64,000 bases of DNA from Setoptus koraiensis (Eukaryota > Animalia > Arthropoda). Shown one piece after another: positions 35,901-43,600 of this stretch (position 1 is the stretch's first letter; each line of letters starts with the position of its first letter). A program made the translations under genes and the position numbers. The notes beneath the pieces are model-generated. The model saw nothing but the letters and a program-made list of their open reading frames with translations, did no database searches and was not told the DNA's origin. Location: positions 7,626,001-7,690,000 of the forward strand of contig CM106586.1 in NCBI GenBank assembly GCA_048013815.1, in the 5' to 3' direction.

Positions 35901-36348
35901 TGAAGTTTGTTACGGGTTCTTCCTCCTTTTGTCGTTTACGATCTAACTCACGTGCGATGACTGTCTTCGTTGCTTGTGGCAGGAAGGTCTCTTCGAATAA
36001 CTTCTTGATTTGGTTGATGTCCTCCTTTAAGGGGATTGCTAATGCTGGTGCGTCTGGTGGCGGTGGTGGTAGTATGGCTATTTTGTACCAGTTAAGGGCT
36101 GTTCCTTTGAGAAAAACTGGAAAGCGTATGGCCTTGGTCTTATCGTCCCAGCCGTTGAGCTCTGAATCGAACATGTACGTGTTGATCCAGGCTCGTGCTG
36201 TGTCGCGGTCGCCTTCATATATCTCTATTTTCTTCCTCATCCGGAATCCTTCCTCGAATGTTCCGGTCAACCCGGCGACGTTGCCATCGGTTGAATCTTG
36301 ATTACCGCCAGTTCTTTGCTGACTGTTGCTAGTGCCTTGGTCGGCCAT
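29980..36348 (-). CDS. Gag-Pol-Env polyprotein (2122 aa, single ORF)
   Basis: CCHC knuckle CNHCHKRGHTWDVC; protease LIDTGASS; RT PFGLCNA/YLDD; RNase H TDASKIGFGG; integrase HHCC, D,D-35-E region and GPY motif; then signal-like segment, RQRR/FVG cleavage site, 8 N-glycosylation sequons and C-terminal TM. Confidence 0.95.
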   Translation of the reverse strand: MADQGTSNSQQRTGGNQDSTDGNVAGLTGTFEEGFRMRKKIEIYEGDRDTARAWINTYMFDSELNGWDDKTKAIRFPVFLKGTALNWYKIAILPPPPPDAPALAIPLKEDINQIKKLFEETFLPQATKTVIARELDRKRQKEEEPVTNFIVDMRYLCKEYNPSMDESEIVDKIKERLLPSFEPYLTQANPLTLIELLKTCSLIEEGNRKREACKGKANAIYNRGDRSNNNNVSCNHCHKRGHTWDVCRKRNNQNNGYNNNQNNGYNNNQNNNFNRRNNHQGNNNRGNYSRNNSRGDYRNNNQNSNYNNNRNNNQQDNHNQQGNGFRGRGRNNNGHYRGNQQQPRNNNYSNRNNNGPPHNNYGDNRQQSNDAPPRNQNDGNNNNNRVVAYIAPEKPFLRKIFINNKPVTALIDTGASSSMIKESKALQLNLTLTPTSLTMGTANGTSMGELKETTVKITLNTLNQQHNFEHELTVATELPFDAIVGKDIIRERNIFVGGANDDMITNATPSNVEPFPEGSCHAINPIKVPANSIITVELKINGSTNKNKLIIIEPKHREDQALLPKSINMIADEKIITTIANPTKSPIEIKGLEQLASWDAVDNEYKAQTYSPEHLDTSENRKTMAIIQAGDIGDIEIGDHLSKQQQGQLISVINNYKHVFSAGEKLGCTSAYTHKIELLDPTPFKTPLRRLAYKERDLIQNEVQDMLDKGVIRHSQSPFASPVVLVKKRDGTIRFCVDYRRLNAATKKWVYPLPNQEEILESGNGAEFFTCIDLNAGYWQMPLDEASREFTAFMTANGLYEFLRLPFGLCNAAASFSRMMSIVLSGIVGQQIFAYLDDIVIMSKTWNKHLESLESVLERLSEHNLTIKARKCQFAMASANILGHKLSKSGIEPQPDKIKAISGLQVPTSLEQVRQTLGLFGYYRRFVPRFAWIAAPLTDLTKKDNRFTWTDEHQKSFEQLKKALIESEAISYFVPGLPLLLKTDASKIGFGGILYQKQRNDWRIIATASRRTCSNEESYGVTELEGAALIYSIQKFRQYIYGQECTVIVDHCALCTLGRTKPLTGKLARWAIALSEYNLNIVYRSGRQHTDVDCLSRQPTGGTVDGLDESKFLMLVIPLDDYRVLYDTDEECQKAIESLERGDSEFEINNEFLYRRGKLLVPLAKRPGVINSVHAAGHAGVKQTIDLVRENYYWKTLEDDVKRTVEQCLICQKHKVPRMAPAGTMHSFETAHPFQMICCDHLGPLKQTRHKNAHVIVATCAFSKFIIARPTRSTSAEEFVKFLINDVIALHGVPEQLHTDNGPAFKANLTKDVTAAFGIKMTFSTPYHHQGNGLVERAIQTLEDKIAMSIQGRDDMEWDEALGMSVLAVNATKHSTTGITPYEVLYGRKLRLPGGPIKISSRAEQYAEMIASEIELTRLRVLDRISSANAASKQRYDGQHRPVKYAVSDLVMLHFEPRSNKDGSKLIARYQGPYEVIGVKNNDIYKLELVAKKGKITTAHVSRMKPFRTGDESTTTVIDLDEEANAERTEQAETTADDQTTTNNQGRRKQKLIPRTINLVLLAQTLFSIFMMTNAVFIPTDTVIWTKTNIPVVKGMVHYNMDVIFDDPCHALFDGSTASNASDTMLSEKCYEKFRELVLLPIKGFCNYTNSADRQRRFVGDVAAIAISTSSLVLALDVKLNDVPYLKKSVVQLRASQENSEGILRKLDAKVEDLRRAVQTDHNLTEKYLKKFAKEIVTIQTEQGLNLASSILMAEYMDKLQTINLNIKKARDKWFYEDGIAPELFHLFGVPKQYNHNIMSYGKPRSCVVEDDKLILAFTTHLIDQASAIMEAEPFQYWNGTNNELCLNSYIGPKTVLVNATSGCYQEVNSSDILKDNTYRAECVQAFSKPDVTNKWNTTQCFKRQDITFNLGKVVAHDNYNHIYCFPGNISLESGTVPCPSFPFKLPDEVTFVTGNNIFEARKISLSTTNIDAAMSKINYKFATYRLPIVVEGYEKSGDKLDNMPQYLANISTVQWIQDLPKHPGLKAAAEALTGSVDLSPILNLQSVTYILMAIALLAIWTCISPVVFILIAILRLALKPFRNIIVYTASYMPEYMYSGGYGQTLPTHVKMSHKQSKLRLY

Positions 36349-36568
36349 TGTTGAGACGTTTGGAGTCTGGAACTCCTCGTTGTTTTCTGATTCTAATAAG
36401 TCGACGATGTGTTCTTTAAAGAACTTGTTGATATTACTTTTCTTGATTGATGTAACTAGTTGTTCGAGAAGGGGTCTGGCCTCCTCGGGGCTTTCGTGAT
36501 CACCAATTTTACTGCTTTGTTGACTTTGAATTAACTAACTAACTTGCATGTGAGTCCGAGTTCTACTC

Positions 36569-36578
36569 AGAACCTCCA
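36569..36578 (-). other. Primer binding site, tRNA-Gln-like
   Basis: TGGAGGTTCT immediately follows the 5' LTR. The first 9 nt are complementary to the animal tRNA-Gln 3' end as I recall it (...GAACCTCCA). Confidence 0.75.
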
Positions 36579-36755
36579 TGTTAGGCTATGGAATCAGAAG
36601 TAGTTTATTTAAAAGCGTGCACATGTTTATATAGTCGTAGTCGTGCAGTAAGGTGAGCACAGTATAGAATAAAGGCACAGAATAGTATGTGCCGCACAGA
36701 ATATGATAAAGTAAGAATAGTTTAGCGCGCAGCGCTTGAGTTGTGGCAAAGGATG
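36579..36755 (-). repeat. 5' LTR (runs into assembly gap)
   Basis: Matches the 3' LTR with 4 substitutions over 177 bp. Confidence 0.97.
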
Positions 36756-37255
36756 NNNNNNNNNNNNNNNNNNNNNNNNNNNNNNNNNNNNNNNNNNNNN
36801 NNNNNNNNNNNNNNNNNNNNNNNNNNNNNNNNNNNNNNNNNNNNNNNNNNNNNNNNNNNNNNNNNNNNNNNNNNNNNNNNNNNNNNNNNNNNNNNNNNNN
36901 NNNNNNNNNNNNNNNNNNNNNNNNNNNNNNNNNNNNNNNNNNNNNNNNNNNNNNNNNNNNNNNNNNNNNNNNNNNNNNNNNNNNNNNNNNNNNNNNNNNN
37001 NNNNNNNNNNNNNNNNNNNNNNNNNNNNNNNNNNNNNNNNNNNNNNNNNNNNNNNNNNNNNNNNNNNNNNNNNNNNNNNNNNNNNNNNNNNNNNNNNNNN
37101 NNNNNNNNNNNNNNNNNNNNNNNNNNNNNNNNNNNNNNNNNNNNNNNNNNNNNNNNNNNNNNNNNNNNNNNNNNNNNNNNNNNNNNNNNNNNNNNNNNNN
37201 NNNNNNNNNNNNNNNNNNNNNNNNNNNNNNNNNNNNNNNNNNNNNNNNNNNNNNN
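36756..37255. other. Assembly gap (500 N)
   Basis: Run of n. Confidence 1.
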
Positions 37256-37653
37256 ACAGCAGCACAGATTATAGTTTGAATTGTGCGCACATTTTTTTTC
37301 ATTCTCACAATTACAGATGGCGAGTGGCGAGAGAAAAAATGAAGAAGAAAAAAGATGAAATAGATTGAATGCACGAACGCTACATAGGTGATACCTTGTA
37401 TTATTATTACTGTTATTATTGCCAATAGTAGAAATAAATTGTTCAGTTGGCGAGATTTACACAGACTGTCATCCAACGATGGGATGACACTGTTGACAAC
37501 AAGAAAACATCACTATATTATTACATAACTATACATATTATTATTATTATAATCTCTCTATCTGTTAGTAGAGGAGCGAATCTATTAGCGCCAGACGAGC
37601 CGGCCTAATTTTCACATCACCACCAGCAACAACAACGACCACACGCCATTACA

Positions 37654-40600
37654 ATGGCCTTTGCACATTTAGAAAGGAGGCCGCTCAAGAAGAGCGTGCC
37701 CAAACTGGGCCCGCCAGACATTTATCCCCAGGACCCGAAACAGAAAGAGGACGAGCTGACATCCATAAATGTCAAGCAGGGCTTTTGTCCGGTCGCCTCC
37801 ACATCGGAGGAGTTTGGTTCGGCCAGGACTGCCGATTTCAAATGTTTTGGTGTGTATTTTAGCGCACTTAAAAGTGAGAAACAACGTATAAACACCATGC
37901 AGGATGCCACCAAAAAGAAACAGCTAGTTAACACTAAAGAAATATGGTATGTCCATGCTAAAACTAAAAACGCCGTAGACAATTGGTTCAAGGATCTGGC
38001 CAATGGCACAAAGGCACTCAATCAACTTGGCAAACGTATACCTATGTTCAACAATAAAGAAGGAATATTTATGCAATTATATGATAGTAGGGTACCCATC
38101 GTTAAAGCAGTTTGGTTTATTAAAATGTCAGCCATACATGCCATCGCACTTAGCGAATCTAGCTCAAAATCAAAAAAGAAACAATTGCCAGATCAATCTC
38201 AAGAGCTGACAGCCTCATTGTGTCGCTATATTGGTGAATTGTATCAAAAAATGTCAGACTCCTATTGCCAGTCGGAAATATTGACGGGCGAAAAGACTAA
38301 TAGCAACAGCAACAACAATACGGGCCTCAAGGGAACGCCGTCATCGCAATCGTCCTTACCTAGTTCGATTCTATTACCGTCCCCAGAAGATATTGATTTG
38401 TCTTGTCCGTCCTCATTGAAAGATTCAGCAACGGCCGCTTCAATTCTCACATCAATCACTGCTTCTACAGCAGCTCTATCAGTGGCATCCATAACAATTT
38501 CCAATGCGGAAAGCTCCATTGCTGCAAACACTCAATGGCAATACCAATTGCAACTAGCTCGCAATCTCTTTGATGAGGGCCTATTAGATCAATATGACTT
38601 TCTTTGTTGGCTATTGGATTTCTTTGAGAAGAATAGAAATATCAATGATCTAACATTGAAATTAATATGCCCTTTATTGTTACAATACGTGATAGATTTC
38701 GCTAAATTAAATGTATTATCAAGACGATTGGCTCACGTTTGCGCTCAAAGACTAACGCTATTATTGAACAACTGTAATATTAATGAATCCGCAATACAAA
38801 AGGATGCCATATATATTCTGTCTTGCATCATTCAAGTTATCACATTAGAATGTCCCACTGCAATGGTCAGACATCATATTGTAGATGCCAAGCCTACATC
38901 ATATCAAGGTTCACCACTAGACAATATACCTTGCCCACCGTCTCTGTTGCCCATGACGGAGTCCGATCTCAACTTGGAACTTAGAAGATCTATTCATGAT
39001 GCCGAGAAAGATATATCACAAAGGAGTAACCTAGCCGATACTAGATGGTCATGTTTCAATTCCAACTCCACCGGTAACATAATTAATAGATTATTAAATG
39101 TTTTAGACATATTAGATAAACACAACTTTGATAGGATAGACCAAAACAATTCCCTAGACATTCTATATGGTAAGATCTTTTCCAGTCCCATCAAGCCGAA
39201 ACAAAACAACAGTAATCAGGCGTCGACCGTAGATTCTGCAGCCACTTTGGCATCGTCCACAACAAAAACGACTAAGCAACAAGATCAGCAAGGCACCAAT
39301 AACCAGCCAGATAGCTATGATGACCATGTTACCGTATTCCTTTGCGAATGGGCTATTACTACTCATAGGACTGGCGAACATAGAGCATTTGTGGTGGCTA
39401 GACTGTTAGAAAGGCGACAGAATGATTTATTAATATATAACAACAACGATGATTCTCAACCAAATACTTATCAGGACCTACTTTTACAATTTTTAGATAC
39501 TGCATCCCCTATTATAAACGAACCAGATGATTGCCTAGAAAACAAAAAGACATTTAGTAATTTTATACTACTGTTTAGTGAATTGATACGCTGCGAGGTT
39601 TTTTCACATTATTCCTACATGTGTACATTGATCTCTCGTGGTATGTTCAATAATTTAAACAACAATACAACCTCAAGCGCTATCTCTAATTTTTTGCAAG
39701 GACCTCCACCATCAAATATCAGCCATCCCTTATCGGCTCAGCCGGCCCCGATGATGCGATCATTAGGATTCAGTCCGTTATCATCCCAACATACTCAAAA
39801 TGATTCCCTTTCTAATCTTCTTGACAACAATGGACATGTTAGCATGGACGACGTTGACGCTGATTTGGGGAAAATCCTACAAGACATCAATGGGCAACAA
39901 GATGGCAACGATCCATCTGATTTGTTTACCGACTATATTGGAATTGGTAATTCGAGCGCAAATAACAGACAAGACAAACCCACTGGCAATGCTAGTAGTA
40001 TTCTCTCATCTTCAACTATAGCCCCCAATCATGATACACAAAATCAGACTAGCAATAATACAAAAACGCCAAATATTATTCCCACTGACAGTAGTTGTCC
40101 CAATTTACTTGAACAACGTCACCTGATATACATCAAGCATCTGCCGATACCTGATGACGATAGTTTTATTCACGACTCCAATCAGCGAACTCTGCTTCTA
40201 TACGGTTTTGGAAAGGACAGAGATGAAATCAAGCAAAGGGCCCGCAAGTTGCATAAGGAGATCAACAGTAAAATATTTTCCAAAAAATCTTCTAGGGATA
40301 TTAATGATGGTGGTAAAATCAAAAGGCCTCTTTTCAGCAGTGGCTTCAGTCTGGATAGTGTTTTAGCCAAGTTTGAGCTTCTGACCCACCACGATCAACA
40401 TGTTATTGCAAATGATATAGCCACTGCCATAGTTGGTATGTTCAGTGGTGTATCCAATGGCCAGACTAATCATTTACCCACTTTGGAAGCGTTGGCGTTC
40501 ATCTTTGACGTTCTGCGTGTAGCTGTAAATGTTAGCGGCCTAATAGACTTGATAATACAAATACTCAAAGAACTACCAGATGTTGAGGCGCAATTGAAAC

Positions 40601-43600
40601 TAAAATGCCCTATTTTGGCAAATCAATATTGCTCATCTGTAGCATTATACATTGTTGGAATGTTGTGTCGATACCATAGTTGTGTCTTGCTATACCCTGA
40701 AGAAACACTACAGATCATGTTTGAATCACTATACAAGCTTGTGGCCCATGTTGTAAACCCGAACATTTGCTCGTCGTCCGCCGAACGGGTGATATTATGC
40801 TATTTGCACGACATTTATGCGTGTTGTTCCTGTCTGCAACAAAAATGCAAAGATTTGTTTGATGCGACATCAAATAAGATAAAATTGCAGATTCTATCAG
40901 TGAGTTTATCCCAGCAAATGAATTCAGACATTTTCATGCATTGGCAGCCAACTTTCATGAACGAAGTAGTCAGCCAATTGAGCAGTCAACATCTGGCGAA
41001 TTCTTCTGGCGGCCTATCAATGACAAGCTTAGGTCACAACATGCACGAGTTGAATCTGATCAGACAGATTCAATCAACTGATTCGGCTCTTATTACACAA
41101 CTTAATAATGACGGTCCACTTAGGTTTAGTTTCGTATGTGATGCAATATACTACACTGCTACTTCGGAATCATCAGAACTAGTAAATGACATCGCAGTCT
41201 TATGTGCCGACCTGACCTCTAGATGTCCGCAACTAGTTACCGATCCAACTACTAATTGGTATGGCGTTGTTAGAGCAATTTGTTGTTCGGCTCAAAAGGA
41301 TAACTCTGGCTATCGTGATCTATTATCAAAAATCAACATAACCGACCCAATTGTTAAAGATAATCTGGCAATATTTACATCTATTATGGTTGCGAGGAGA
41401 TGTTTGTCCTTACAAGATTTCTTAAAAGGCTCATTCATTCATTCTCTTTTGGGTCCAGTACAGCCAACGGGGGGACAACAGGCAAGCGAACCCGGTGCTA
41501 GATTGACATGTCATCTACTGTTGTCATTATTTAAAACTTGTGACTCGTCAACTAGCTCAACCAAGTTAATGCAATCGGATTCACCCGGAAATCTCGACAT
41601 AACGAATGGTTCGAACATGCCAAACTCGATTCCCAATATTGGACTGTTGCAACAGAATAAAGATTTCCCTCACGGTAACAGATTGCAAGCAAATGGATCT
41701 ACCTTTTATCTAAAACACCTGTGTGATAGATACTTATTAGCAACGTCTTGTGTAAGTATTAAAATTGAGCCATTAGTTACATTATTGAAGGCCATCAAAT
41801 TATTAGCCATATCTGCAGAGAGGGATTGTTCGAATAATAGGATGCGATTGGATGATCAATCTAATGAGATTAATATGGAGGACGTAATGGGGTCAACAGC
41901 AGGTGACATGAGTGATTTGTATCACAATTCTAACAGTGCAACATTAGGTAACGATATGATTGCATTGAACAACAACAAAGCTATTGGTGATATGAATCTG
42001 AATCAATTTGCGGATATGACATTGAACAAAATTTGTTCTCAAAGGTGGCTTCATGATAAATGCCTCATGGATTCTGATAGATTGAGTATAACCGACAAAA
42101 ACATACTAATAGATCCTCAGTTAGAAATCAAGCAATCGCAGCGACTTTTATATATGATATGCTACAACAAGTCCCCAGAGAAGCAAGCCGAAGTTGCGCT
42201 TGACGACCAAGGAACTGATCAAGTAGCTAGTTTGGTGAAAATATTTGAAAATTTAGATGGTTGGTCTATGAGATTGTCTTTGCTCAGATTGCAATTTATG
42301 TTTGTTTGTCTATCATCGACCGCTGCAGTCAATGATTGGCTCGATAATTTAGCTAAGGCAATTGTGGAATTCTTTCAAAAGGTCAGCCAGGAACAAGATG
42401 GTGGCAAATCTTGGCTTATTGGCCCATTAATAGATAAACTGACCAAACCACCTAGCTCAATACAGGGACGCATCCTCAAAGCGACAGCATCTATTATGGA
42501 ATCTGCCTCAATCAGAGCGAATTCTTTGCCATCTCTGAATCCCTTTTATCCTCCAACAGCGGCTGCTTCGACAAAATTCAAAGAGAGAACATTATCTCAG
42601 AGGGGAAGCGGATCAACAAACCCTTCTAATTTGGCATCTACTTCATTGCTAGGATTTCAACCATTTCTATCATTGTTGACTAGCTGCCTGAAGAACCACG
42701 ACAAGGAACGTGAATTATTATTGACCTCTTTGAACAGTCAACTATACCAGGCTATTCACGAAAAGTTGGATGATGTTCGTTACAAGTTATCTTTGCAAGA
42801 TGGTCTAGAGCTCCGGTTGAGTCTTATTGGTCAGATGTTCGACATGATACAAAAATCACCATCATTAACATCCGATTGGGCCACGTTACTACTGCTGCTC
42901 GTTATGAATAATCTCGTCGATCCTCAGCTCGACTACCGAATCTATGTATCAGTGCTCGATATGCTAGCTATGCTTATCAATACTGCCTACACATCTACCT
43001 CAAGCGATCAGCAGAGAGATGGCAGAGGAGAGGAATCACGCAAACAATATACCAATCTAATTAAGAAATTTCGCAAAGAATTAGCAGCACTAACTGACAA
43101 AAGTGTACGTCAGATGAAATTAATCAGTCCTCTCATGCCCACTCCGCGTCTAATGACCGAGGTCATTACTTGTGAGCCAATGGGAAGTTTAGTAGACACC
43201 AAGGGTGAGAAGGTACAAGATTTTGATTCTATTGACAAAAAGAAAGGCTTGAAGGTATCCGATATTCAGGAGGTCAGTCCATGGGATCTGATCGAGGGAC
43301 ACAAGAATCCCGCTCCGTTGAGTTGGCCCTGGTTTGGAGCGTTGAAGATGGAACAAAAACCGTTGAGAGCGGAGGAGAACAATAACCTAATGTCCTGGCA
43401 TACACACACTATTAGACATCCAACGTCGTACTTTTGTGAGGAGCCACCCGATAACGATGAAAATGCCGATATAAATAGCAATTACAGCGAAGAGGAAATG
43501 GACGACTGGATAGATCATTTGTCTGATGCTGTTCATGAGTATTGTCAAAATTTGGACAAGGCCAAAGATACTCAACAACAACCACCACCAACCCCAACAC

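Larger units (their letters stand above)
29765..37258 (-). mobile_element. Ty3/Gypsy LTR retrotransposon with env-like gene (retrovirus-like element)
   Basis: Paired LTRs, PBS, PPT, and PR-RT-RH-IN domain order in one intact ORF. The right boundary is inferred across the N gap. Confidence 0.95.

Noticed and set aside
30005-36301. Plus-strand ORFs within the retroelement
   Set aside because: Antisense shadows of the long minus-strand ORF with no independent motifs.
36586-37476. ORFs spanning the N run
   Set aside because: Artefacts of translating through the gap.
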